64,000 nt of DNA, taken from positions 1,860,001-1,924,000 of the forward strand of contig OZ116701.1 of assembly GCA_964199315.1 (NCBI GenBank), read 5' to 3'. This DNA is from Orbicella franksi (lineage: Eukaryota). The translations under genes were made by a program, and so were the position numbers. Below, piece after piece: positions 1 through 12,400 of the stretch (the first letter of the stretch is position 1; every line of letters begins with the position of its first letter). Under the pieces are notes generated by a model, which had not been told where the DNA came from, ran no database searches, and saw only the letters and a list, made by a program, of their open reading frames with translations.

Positions 1-391
1 ATAACCGAGGTTATACGTAGAAAGGAATCGTAACATAAAAGATGTCGATGAACTTATATATATCATGTCATTATTTATAGTGTAGTAGTGAGCCTGATGT
101 TTTATTGTTAGAGAAAAAAATGAACATGCATTTTAGCTCGTGATTGCAAAATCACATAAAGTTCATATGGTTTTGTATTTATGTGCACAGTTTATTTTGT
201 GTTTACAATTCTTAATTTCGCTAGTTTACATTCTAAAATGTTTATCTAAATTTCCTCTTATTACGATTCTTACACATGAGTTCTCCGCAAAGTCGCCAGA
301 AGGAAGCCCATATCACTAGGGTGTTTTTCCGCGGACAACGGAGAAAGCGTTCAGCCTACATAAAAACACGCACCAATGTAAAATCTTCCAT

Positions 392-434
392 TGTACCTGA
401 AGAAGGCTGGTTTGGCCAGCCGAAATATAGTACA
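392..434 (+). ncRNA. Minimal type I hammerhead ribozyme (Penelope/retrozyme type, palindromic stem III)
   Basis: Stem I TGTAC(392-396)/GTACA(430-434); core CTGAAGA 397-403 plus an extra A404; stem II GGCTGG(405-410)/CCAGCC(416-421) with loop TTTGG; GAAA 422-425; palindromic ATAT 425-428; AUA cleavage triplet, predicted cut after 429. Confidence 0.75.
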
Positions 435-638
435 CCTTCAAAAAATCATTCTACGTTGTGTCGGTTTTTGCTTTTGTATTCTTCGTTCAGCCCAGGGCGT
501 TTTGGCGGCACCAAAATAGTGACGAGAAGTGAAATATTGCAGGATTTTGTTATTGCGGGTCACTCTTCGATAGAGAATAAATGATAATCCGAGAATGCTC
601 ATTGCGTCGAAATTCCGACAATAATTGGCAAAACTAGA

Positions 639-683
639 AGTTATATTTCGGTAAGAACTAATGAACTATAACATCATCAGACT
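639..683 (-). ncRNA. Degenerate type I hammerhead-like motif
   Basis: Minus strand reads AGT-CTGATGA(680-674)...CC-GAAA(649-646)-TAT-A-ACT. It has the same ATAT/AUA end as 392-434 and a 3-bp stem I, but stem II is only partly paired. Confidence 0.35.
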
Positions 684-1024
684 GGAATATTTCGATACCC
701 TTGCTACACAGGCCAGGGCTATTGCAACCTTGTTGATTGAATAACTCCGACGACATGTTCAATAATAGGGGCTGCCGTTACAAACAAAACATAAATTCAA
801 ATCTAGGTTAATAACGGTAGGGCAAAGAGGGGTATGCAGAATCGGACAGCACAGAACGCGCGCTTACAAGTGTGTGGGGCCCGATTGAGTAAAATAGAGA
901 CTGGGATTTAAATACTCTTTTTCTTTGGCCATCGTAGCTCAGTAAGAAATAGCATGGAAACTGCGGTGACAAACATGACAATGAAACGCATTTTGGAAAA
1001 CAAAATTCATTAACTTGACTTTTA

Positions 1025-1500
1025 GTATGTTTCGACATACATCTTCAGAAGTGACCGTTTGGAATAGAAGTAACAACTAAATTTAAATTAAAGATAAGTA
1101 ACTAATTAACAATAACAATGACAGAAGCTGAGAAAAATTTGCATATTAAAAGATGCAAACTAATAAAGATAAAGCTTTTCGCTGCTAACATTATCGTTTA
1201 GGGTAGGTTTCAATTCCCTAATTAGTAGAGTCTCCTTCAGTCTTGCAACGAGTATCTGACCGACCTTTTGCCAATATATCACAGTGGTACCATTTTAAGT
1301 TGTGGCCAGTTGACGTGACGTGGTCTGCGATAGCAGACGCATGACAGCTACTTGTGATCGCTTTAAAATGTTCAGTTTTTCTGTCATGCAATCTACGTTT
1401 TGTTTTTCCAATGTAGAAATCCTGGCAGTCCCAACAACTAGCCTTATACACAACTTTTGACATTTGGGAACGGTTGACCCTATCTTTATATCTTTATCAT
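1025..1500 (-). mobile_element. Penelope-like retroelement 3' fragment (GIY-YIG endonuclease remnant plus degenerate hammerhead core)
   Basis: ORF 1218-1463 reads VVYKASCWDCQDFYIGKTKRRLHDRKTEH...SAIADH, a PLE-type GIY-YIG with the CxxC insert. About 170 nt downstream lies CTGAAGA(1048-1042)...GAAAC(1033-1029). No RT is visible. Confidence 0.8.
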
Positions 1501-1901
1501 TTTGTTTTCCAAAATGCGTTTTATTGTCATGTTTGTCACCGCTGTTTGTATGTTATTTCTTATTAGGCTGGGATTTGCCCATTTTTCGCTGGGAAAGTGA
1601 GATTTGGGTCACTGGGTAAGAGAATCACAATTCACAAAGAAAAAACGGCAATTGAATGGGACTGGAATATGGGGGAAAATAGGTTGGAATATGGGATTTT
1701 GGTTGGGAATTGAGACTTATTCCGCCCCCACTTTCAAGACCCTCTTGTGTGGTTCCCTGTTGTTCCATCTTTAAAATGCCACGTGAACCAACATTTGAAC
1801 GATTTGGATTTAATCATAACTCCATGAAAGAAATGCCAGTTTACAATTTCGCCATGGTAGCGTTGTCCTTCATATGTTGTCAAAATTTTAGAAAATCTCA
1901 G

Positions 1902-2150
1902 ACTCGCCTGCTGTCTACACATGCACATAAAACAAGTCCCAAATGAAAAAAAATAATAACAATAATAATGATGATGATGATAATAATAATAATAATAGTA
2001 ATATACATGAGCAGTGTAGTTAAAGTGTAACATCAGTGCAAGATGTGTAACACCATTGCAAAAACTCGCCTGCTGTCTACACATGCACATAAAACAAGTC
2101 CCAAATGAAAAAAAAAATAATAATAACAATAATAATGATGATGATGATAA
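1902..2150 (+). repeat. Local ~85-bp duplication with (AAT)n/(GAT)n microsatellite
   Basis: ACTCGCCTGCTGTCTACACATGCACATAAAACAAGTCCCAAATG-A(n)-TAATAACAATAATAATGATGATGATGATAA starts at 1902 and again at 2064. Confidence 0.9.
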
Positions 2151-2157
2151 GCAGCAG

Positions 2158-2486
2158 TCCTGTCGGGAGACTCAGAATTTTTCTTTGTTCCACGCTCGTG
2201 TCATGTTGATTAATTCACCTTCACATTTCATTACCGAGCTTAAAATTCACCATCTTTATTAACTTATCACTACTCACGATGACTTCGATAGCGTTGATCC
2301 TAGCAGTATGCAGGACACCTGTCATACATGAACTCAGTTAAATGACCTTGCTCTCCATGAGTTCGCGTAGCTCAGTGGATAGAGCGCCCGCCCGGTGTTC
2401 GGGAGGTCATAGGTTCGATTCCTGTTGGGGACTCAGAATTTTTCTTTGTCCCACGCTCGTGTCATGTTGATTAATTCACCTTCACA
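2158..2486 (+). mobile_element. tRNA-derived SINE-like repeat, circularly permuted, 262-bp period
   Basis: Pol III A box TAGCTCAGTGG 2368-2378 and B box GGTTCGATTCC 2412-2422. A ~67-bp terminal redundancy lies at 2158-2225 and 2420-2486. The anticodon arm is not tRNA-like, so this is not a tRNA gene. Confidence 0.7.
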
Positions 2487-2885
2487 CCATTGCAAAAAGT
2501 GTAACACCAGTTCAAATTACACATCGTAATTCTGGATTGTGATTGGCTGAAAGACAATAGGAAATTTTCTAAGCAAATGATATCACGTAAAATGATGACG
2601 AATATTTTGTGGAAACTTTGAAAAACGTTTTCTCGAATGAGAAAAAAATGCCTTTAAGAAAGATCTTCCGTCACTTCCTCCACGCGAATTTTTTCATGTT
2701 TATATTATTAATGAGTAATCATACGGTTTTTCTCGTTCAGTTTGGAATTAATTTGCACTTGTTAGTTTTTCACAAAGCTGAAATTGCACTCGCCGAAGCG
2801 GCTCGTGCAATTTCAACTTTTTGAAAAACTCACTCGTGCAAATTAATTCCAAATTGAACTCAAAACCGTATGATTACCTATACTA
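2487..2885. repeat. Interspersed repeat with internal hairpin (related copies ~17250-17370 and 25994-26148)
   Basis: Copies share motifs like TTGCACTCGCC..GGCTCGTGCAA and a GATTAC(C)-type terminus. The element is interrupted at 2050-2498 by an insertion. Confidence 0.5.
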
Positions 2886-3436
2886 CTACTAATAATAAAT
2901 AAAATGAAATAAAATAAAATAAAACAAAACAAAAAGTGCGCTTGGCTTGTCATCGGCAATTCACATGGGTGGAGCGGAAATGGTCTCGGGTCTTGCATCA
3001 CGCAAGAATCGTGACAAAGCACGATTAAGCGCTCAGATCAGTAAATTCTTCCGACATAGTACATCATTAGAAATGTGCTATTTTTAACAATTGACTAGGG
3101 CCTGAGGTCAAAAACAACATACATTATCAAGAAAAAGGACCATATTGTCTGAACTGAAGAGAAATACCAGAACTAATGAACGAATCAGTGAACGAACCAC
3201 TGAAAGACTTGGAAAGACTGGAAGAAAGGAGTGGGAATCTTGCCTTTATACGGACTGCCAGGAAAAAGACATTACGTCATTTTGTGGTCATGATAGCGAG
3301 GGCCAGAAACTGACCAATGAAAATGCTCGTTCTATTACATGTAGCAAGACGCCATCTTGAAAATAATGTAGACAGGTGAAATCATGGCGAAATTTTGACA
3401 ATTGCTGCAGATCCTCAAAAAAACATTAGATGGGAA

Positions 3437-6400
3437 ATGAGCTTCGGAGAAATCATAACTCTGAATGTTGGTGGACGAAAGTAAGTGCCATTCGCATAAT
3501 CGTCTTTTGGGGGCCTTTTCTGTGGAGGAATTAGTAATTTTAAAAGTCCGTAAGGCGGTAAAATCTGGTAGAAAGTGTCTTTTGCTTGGTGCTGCTACAC
3601 AGTCAAAGTAAAATTAAATTTAACTTTTGTTTACACTGAGATAGTAACGCTGCTCTTATTCACATGAAAAGAAATCGTGACTTGCTTTCAGAGAAGTTCA
3701 AGATTAATTCCTTTCAATCGAAAACTGTTTCTGTAGTAGCTTTCCAAGATGCATTGAAATTGGAATAAACTACATGCATGCATGTGTAAGCTTGATTTAC
3801 GTTTGATAACTTTAAAGTTTAACTGGGAACGAATAATTTATTGTTAGGATAAAATTTTGAGTCCTACCTCTATTATCTTAGATTTCTGGCACACACTTTG
3901 GACTTACTATTAATACGGCTGCAGCATACTGCTGACAGCTTCTACAGTACAAATTGTTAATTCCAAAACAAAGTGGATGTAGTGATCTAGCTGTTACAAG
4001 CACTTGGTGCTACGCAGTCTTTCAGCTCAAAATTTACCATATTTTTAAAAGGTTGATCAGTTGTACAGTTTTCAGTGTAAATTGTCAGAATGGTGGACAT
4101 ATCTAAAATTTGTAATAATTTTTCGTGGCCTTCATTTTTATTTTGGCTTGTTGAACATCTGCAGGTTTTCAACTTCCAAGCAGACTTTAACATGGATTCC
4201 AGACTCATTTTTTTCAAGGTACAGTAGGCATGGTTGTGATTTTTTTTGGCAGTGAGGGAAATATAGAATAATGCCATGACTGCAAATCTTGTGTTCTTAA
4301 ATGTTCAACAGCAACATGGTGTTTTCAAAGATAGGATGTAATAATTATATTGTGAGATACCATCGAAGTTAAAGCAATTTCTCAACGCAAATTAAGAATA
4401 TATATTGGACAACCATACTTTGAAAAGTCAAAAGGTCTTCCACAATGATTTGGGTCTAAGACCTGGTCAAAGGTCATACTGTTACTATGTTGTGTTCTTG
4501 GGTCAAATGCTTTACTCTTGCAGTACTAACCTCTCTTGAACCCAAGAGGACAACCTGTAATGTAAGAAATACAGGGGATAACCTATAATGGACTGAATCC
4601 CATCCAGAGGGAGTAGTGATAATTAGAGGGAGTGATAATGACTTCATGCCACAGGAATCGACAACTCCAAGAGTCTGGACTCTCAGATCCTTTGGCATGG
4701 CACAGACATTACCTCTGTTGAAACAAGAACTATACATGTATCTGGGGCACATCCAGGGGGGTTCAGGTGGTTTGGTCAAACCCCCTAAATTAAAAAAAAA
4801 AGACATCATAACATGCCAACCTAGCCTCAGAATGTCCAAGGACCTCAATTTTAAAATTTCCAGGGGAGGATACTCTGCAGACCCCTCTAAAGGGGACCAC
4901 CTTTGCTGGCCTGTATCTCAAACCTCCTTCCCTAAAATTCTGCAACTGCCCCAGTACATGTATATGGGTTGAAACACTATTACAACTTGTTATCAACTAA
5001 CCTAGATACAGAATTTATTTGAGGTCTTTGGCTATACTTGGATCTTTTACTTAAAATCATTTATTCCTTGGACCACATCAGATGAACGAAAGTAAACTAT
5101 GGTTTTGTTTAAATGCTGTTTAATAACAGACTTTACTCACTTGGCTAAGTGCTGTACGAATATCATACTAGGATACATAATGAACTTAATTTGACCAAGA
5201 AAAATATGTGCAGCTCCTTGAACATTCAGCTGGTGCTTTATACTTTGTGATTGTTTATATTTTGAGCACTTTAAAAAATGATAGGGCATTGGCATTGATA
5301 AACATGTATCGTTATACGTAATCATGTAGTTGAGAATACATTGTAGTCTTGTTTACAAGCTGTCTGTCATTAGTTCCATATGACTATACAATTATTGTTT
5401 AAATTCTTTCTCCCAGTTTACTAAGTGGAAGAATTTCGTCTCTAAGAGATGAGACAGGAGCGGTAAGAAAACCATGACACTGTAATATCATTGAAGTAGG
5501 TTGTTATCAAGGATAAAAAATATATGTTTTTTCATAAAGTGATATCAGAAATCTGTGGGTCTTATAGAATATGTTTCTTTAGTCTTGATCAATGATAGAT
5601 TTGGATTTGTTTCTCTATCCATCAATCTCTTTATGTCATTTTGGAAGAGGCTTGATATTTAAGCTGAGCTTGTCTTCAAAGGCTACATTGAGACAGAATA
5701 AACTGGCTGTTTTAAAAATGTGGCTGTTGTACATGTAGAATAGCTTGATAAGAGTCAAGTCTGTGGTTTGGTGCATGGTCAGTGCCCCACCCCCTCCCCC
5801 CCCCCCCCCCAAAAAAAAGTACATGTACGTGTAAAGTGTTAGCAGTTAGGACTTCCACTGTAATTTAATTTGCTGGTTTCACTTTTTCACGTAATTTTTG
5901 TTAACGTAGTTTATTAGTTGAGTATTATAGACATTCACAATCACTTGATATTTTTATTGTTTTGTTTTGAAATAGATATTTATTGACAGAGATCCTGAAG
6001 CTTTTGTTCCCATATTGAATTTTCTTAGAACCAAAGAACTTGATGCAAGGTAGGGCTCCATGTGTGAAATTGTTATTTAATAGTTAAAATGCATTTATGC
6101 ATATTATTTAAATAAAATTGCTTGGTCAGGTGTATAAGTCAGAAGCGTGCTATTTATGAATGATTGAAAAAAAAACAACAACAACAAAGTTAGTGTTAAT
6201 TTTTTTATGTGTGTTTCTTGGTAATAAAAACTAATAAATGATTTTGAAGAGTTGCAAGTCACTCTTTCTAGATGACAACATCAGTGTGCTTTCCTCCTAC
6301 ACCAGCATGATATGTAAACATTTATCTAATATATAAGACTGTGAAAGAACTGAAACTGCAGCTGTTTGTTGTACATGTGTACCATATCATGCATCCATTT

Positions 6401-9400
6401 TATAATTGCGGTATGACTGATTGATAACTATAATCTACATATAAAATTTTGTGTGTTCCCATTAAAAGAAAGTTAGAATGTCATCTCTTATAAAAATGTA
6501 TTTTATGTTGTAGAGGGTTGGACTTAAGGATTATCAAACATGAAGCTGAGTATTATGGAATCACCCCTCTTGGTATGAAACTAAATGTAAAATTTTGGTG
6601 GTGCACTTGTTTAGTTGATAACGTAATCACTATTAATAAATTTTTGGGATAACAATATGGTTTTCAATAAAACCTGCTAGCAGATACATGTACATAAATG
6701 CGTATGCCAAGTTCCATGAAATGAGGTAGCTGGATATTATTAACCAGGGCTAGGAAAAAACTTGAAATCCATCTTGCCCTTTGGACAAGTAACTCTCAGA
6801 TTTTGCTTGCCCTGGGCAAGTCTTAGTTGACAGATGAGGTTTCTGGGCCCTTGGCCATTGGGCAAGTGTGAATGAAAACTGACTTGCCCTGCAGGAAAAT
6901 CTACTTGTCCTGGATGACTGGAGGGCACTTTTTTTGAGCCTTGAACCAAGAAATTTTTAGATGCTTATGGACTGAGATGCACTCAGGGTTCATAAACACA
7001 AAATAGATGAAGGCCAATATCCAGTCATCTTGACCAAACACGCCTGGCTAACAAAGGTTTATTAAATGGCATTGATGCAATTTTACTGCATGACACTTTT
7101 CTTCCTGGATACATCAGGCAGCCCCGGGAAAGATAGCCTCTCTAAGAGTAGCCAATCACACCTGCAATTATTATTACCGTGGAATTCTTATTTGTCAAAC
7201 CCACAGTTTTTCGAACCTCCTGATAACTTGAATCAAAAGTCTTTTCCCCTCCTCAGTCAAACGCTGTAATTTTATCCCCAATTTCTTGAACTATGCTTTT
7301 TTTCAAACCAATTTTCATTTCCCTTGGAGGTTCAAAAAAATCAGGATTCTACTGTATTGACAGAATTACATAATTATTTACATGTGTTGATTTGCTTTGT
7401 CTTTGTAGCTAAGCGGCTAGCTTTGTGTGAAGAAGTCTCTCATTCCAAATGTGGTGATGTGCTGTTCCATGGATATCTTAACCCTCCAGGTAATGAATGT
7501 TAAAGAAACCCATGAGAAACTACTCTGATAATTTCCTAGGGTCTTTTTGAGGACCTTAATGAAGAAGTAGCTGGTGATTTATTAAATAGTGTAGACTGAA
7601 CAAAACAGATTTCAGAGGGAAATGTATCACATTCTCAAAACGTTTTCTAAAATTTTAAGTTTATATATACTGAAAAAATACTCATTTGAGATAAGGCCAA
7701 TAAAAACCTTATTAACAACCTTGGAAATCTTGATTTCTGGAGGGGTGTAACTGATAAGCAACAGTTGGTTATATGTGTTTGGTGGGGAGAGGGTGTTTGA
7801 CAAGGGGGGGGGGGACTTAAGAGGGAGAGGACAATATAACAGGTCAGCTCCACAATGAGTTAGAAGGGGAGATATAAAGGGTTTATGATGAGTTGAAGTA
7901 ATTTTTTTATCCAAATGACTGATTTTCTTTCAGAGTTTCCACTTCCTTCCATGTCAAGACACTCTTCGTCATCTGCTCTCACGAGAAGAAGCTCTGCATC
8001 AACTGTAATAAGTGCATCACGGTATGAAACTAATGCCCCTTCTTACCGAGATTTTGGCATCAGAGAAGTGCCTGATGATGATGAGGTTGTAGCTGTGGGT
8101 GAGTACTTAAATGAAGCCAGACAAAAATATAGTAAATTAATTTTTCATGTGTGTTGAACCAGGAGTGTCCAGTGCATTTTTATTATGTAATTCTTGTCAC
8201 CTTTCTGTTCGTCTTATTATATTCTGGCTGCATGGGCTACGTATTAAGTTTGCTATTTATGCTTCATGACTTTGTATATATAGCATATACTTATCTCAAG
8301 TTTGAAGCATGAAGTGGCTACGAACCATTCTGTTTGGTCATGGGGCAATGTTCAGACAACCTGGCATATGTGCCAGTACACAACTAGCTCGAGTCTAATA
8401 AAACTGTCTTTCCCAAGTAAACAATGCCTTTAACCTCAGGCTACTCTCATAGCCTGTGTGGATCTTGAGTCATGGTTTGCATCCATTATTAGTTTGTTTT
8501 CATGTTACGCTTCCATTAACACGCTTCTACTCACTTTGTCTGGATTAATCAACTGGAATCCATTGTGCTTATCATTAGCACCCACTAGGGTACTGTGATG
8601 TCAATTATCTGCAAATGTTGTTTTCTTCCACAGATGTAGATCCTAGAAGAGTGTTGATGGTGATCGGTCATCACAGCTTTGTAGCAGTGGCTTTTGCACA
8701 TTGTGTGTTCTGCTACAGGTGAGAGTGAAGAATTCCTGCTGCAAATGTTCTGCATCTTAGCACTGATTTTTGCTGATGTTGCTACTGTTTGTTGGATAGC
8801 AGAGCTGGGGCAGTGGTGAGAGTGCTTGCCTCCCACCAATGTAGCCCGGGTTTGATTCTGGCCTGGTGCCACACTGTATGCCTGTTGAATTAGTTGTTGG
8901 TTTTCACCTTGTTCCAGGGTTTTTTCCCGGGTACTCCAGTTTTCCTCCCTCCTGAAATACCAACATTTCCAAATTCCAACTCAATCAGGATGGAGGACCT
9001 GCATGAAAACTAGCTGAAGCTGATGTGGCTTCCTCTCTAAACATTAATTAATTTATTATTTATTTATAACTCTTTGTCTGCAGATCTAAGGATTCTGTTG
9101 GTTGGGAGCTGATTTTTTCCACTCCTTATCTGGTGCACTGTGTAGAAAAAATGGCACTCAATGCCAAAGTGACGTCCAGTTCTCTTGGGGATAAAATGCT
9201 GGCAGTTTCATCTGGTGAGTTAAACCTAGTTCACACTAGCGACGTAATGACGTAATGACATAATGACATAAACATAACAACATACTTGTAGTACTTGCAG
9301 TTAAAATTAAAATAAGTCCTGCTAAGATGTACTGTAGATGTAAATCTAAGTCACTCTGTAATTCAGGTGTTAATAGGAAATCATCATTCTTTTCTCTTTC

Positions 9401-12400
9401 AGTGGGTAAAATTCGTTTATGGAGCTTCACTACAACAGACCATATTCAAGGTGTTGTGAAATTTGAAATTGGTATGTTTTAGCTGATCACGTGGTGTTGC
9501 CTTGTAATTCCTTTTTTTAGAAATCAAGTGTTCTTTATTCAGGGCCCATAGCAAGTGCAGCTTGATTGCTTGAAAGGGTCCAACAAAATAATGTTTCAAC
9601 TACAAAATGAAGGGCACATCTGCCAAAGTTAATTCCTTGGCTCACTGCCATCACCTCATCACTTTTCACTTATTATTTGAGAATTTGTTTTTCAATACTG
9701 AATTATGATTTTGTTGTTTCCTTTGATCTGGCTGCAGGAACATTTGATTTAACTGTTCCTGTAGATGCTCTGTTTTTCATTGGAAGCCAGCTTGTGGCTA
9801 CAAGCCACACAGGCAAGATTGGTGTGTGGAATTCCATGACTCAGCATTGGCAGGTACAGTGTGTGTAGAGTGGCAGCTTGTCAGTATCAGCCCACTGAAC
9901 TTCTGGCAGTCTGCTCCCAACTGTTGTTATTGTTTTGGGTTTTTTGGCACCAAGGGAAGGCATGCTTGTCTTCAGGGCCTGCAGTCGTTTTAGTCAACAC
10001 TATGAGTATTGACCTCTGGGCAGGTATTTTGGCATTTGTCAGCCAATCAGGTTTGAAGGAAAGTCAGTGAATCGTGAACTTTCCTGTCAGACCTGGCCTG
10101 AGGCCGTTAGTCTTGGTTCTGACCATTTAGAATGGTGGACTCCAGGGCACTTCCAGGTATCCACCTGGCTCAACAAGGCTGGAAGGCAAGTACTTGCCCA
10201 GCTGTGCCCTGCCTACTTGCTATAGGTATTTCAAGGAGTAAATTGTAGATTATTAACTCTTCTTTCTTTGTTCAGATCCAGGATGTAATGCCTATCTCCA
10301 GCTATGACACTGCAGGTTCTTTCCTTCTTCTTGGATGTACAAATGGTTCTATTTATTACATTGGTATGTATGCAAGATTGTTGGGCTTTATAGGCCATTT
10401 ATTGAGGTAGTGTACTTTTGATAACTACCCAGCTCATCAGCATTTCACCACTTTATTGTCGTGATACTTCTAGTGTGCTCCCCTTTGCTTTTTAATTTCT
10501 CTTCCATCTTTAAAACTGAAGAAATCTGTACTCAATTTCCGAGCTCTCATCTCTGTAGCATGATACAAGTTGTAAGTATTGTTACCCCCCCGCCCTGCTC
10601 CGACCAGGGGGGAATGCTAGTCCATCCCATGTCATCCCCTTTCCCTATGCCTTCCTCCCCCCAGCATCCCCACTACCTATTTATACACCTTTGTGAATTG
10701 AAGCACTTTATAAGTTAGGTGTTTTGAACGGTTGATTCAATCTTTCTTACGTCCATACTCCCATTACGCCTCTAAAAGCCGTTGAAAATCAAAAGTGGAC
10801 ATCTACAACTTTATTCCGCCTGGATATGCTTGTCAGAAATCGAAATTTACTTGGTTCTTTGTGGCATCACACAGATAATTTCTTGTTTCGTAGATATGCA
10901 GAAGTTTCCACTGAGAATGAAGGATAATGATCTTCTGGTGACTGAACTTTATAAAGATCCCAATGAGGACATGGTGACGGCACTCAGCGTGTACTTGACA
11001 CCTAAGACGTGTACGTGAATAATCTTTTCGCCAGGGGGGGAACTACCATATAAAAAGGGCAGGGGTGCTTGTCGGAAATTTTGAAACGAACCCCTACATT
11101 GTAAGAGGTACCAAGATCCTGCTTTGTGGGCGTGGTTTGAAATTTTTTCGCTCCCGAGAGGTACCAATTCTAAAACAACACATTATCTCTTGTCGCATTT
11201 TTTTCGGCTCAATACCCTAAAAGGCACCAAAGCCGATTTCTTAACCCCTAAAAGGTAGGACGAGCACCCCCGTCCTTTAAATATGAGATTTCACCCTGGG
11301 TCTTTCCCAAGCTAAGTACACTGTAACGGCGTTATATCCGCAATCGAGCTTAGTTTGGAGGGTAGCCACTTTCAAATGTGATACAAGGAACATAATACTT
11401 ATACTTAGGAGTATAATTCGTCAACCTCTACCAAATTGTGTAGCCAAAGAAAGCGCGGGAAACTTGTTGCCGTTAGCGAACGCGGAAAACATTTAGTAAC
11501 CACTGGTAAGCACGGGAAAAGAATACAGCATCGTTGCTGAGATTGGTTTATACTGCACGCTGAATGTCGAGTTTTTAGAACCAGTCATTGAGAGTTTAAA
11601 AGCCTGCATGCTGTTTCTGCTATTTCCTTTGTTTCCAGGGGAAGTAGTGTAAGAGTTAAATAAAATCTGCAAAGGGATTTCCCCGTCACCGCAGAACTAG
11701 AAGAGAAAATTAAAAAGAGAAAATTAACTTCAAACAAAGTAAGCACAATTACAGTTCAAGGGGTAATTTGAGAACAACTCCAACACAGAAAACTTCGGAT
11801 GCCTTTACGTTTCCATCTAGGATTCTGATTCTTGGTGAACGCATTTTTTTTTACTGACATAATAAGCTTATTTGCACTGTTTTGTTTTTCTTGTCAGGTT
11901 TAAGTGGCAATTGGATTGAGATAGCGTATGGTACAAGCTCAGGAACAGTGCGAGTGATTGTTCAACATCCAGAGACAGTAGGTCATGGACCTCAACTCTT
12001 CCAAACATTCATGGTTCATCGAAATCCCGTCGTGAAGGTCATGCTTAGCGAAAAGAATCTCGTCTCCATTTGCTCAGAATACAATCACGTGCGCACGTGG
12101 AACGTGACACGCTTTCGCGGCATGATCTCCACGCAGCCTGGTTCCACGCCCCTGGCGTCTTTTAATGTTGTTTCTCTTGAGGCACAGGACGCACATCCTA
12201 GCTCATCAGCTGGCAGCGTCATCGGTGAGTAACATGTAAGCGTGAGGTCAATATGGCTGGATATTGGCCAAGTTCTTTTTCTGATTGTGATGTAGTCGAG
12301 AACGAGGCCGGTATCCAGCCATCTTGACCGAACAAGCTTTGTCAATAAAGGTTTATTATACGGTTTTCGGGGAAATTTTTCTTGCGAGACACAGAGGGTA

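Noticed and set aside
276-584. 102-aa ORF
   Set aside because: No recognisable motif; it overlaps the hammerhead-bearing repeat.
1734-2262. Poly-Y/H/N/D ORFs
   Set aside because: These are translations of (AAT)n/(GAT)n microsatellites.
2359-2434. tRNA gene
   Set aside because: A and B boxes are present, but the anticodon arm is not canonical and the sequence sits in a terminally redundant repeat, so it is SINE-like.
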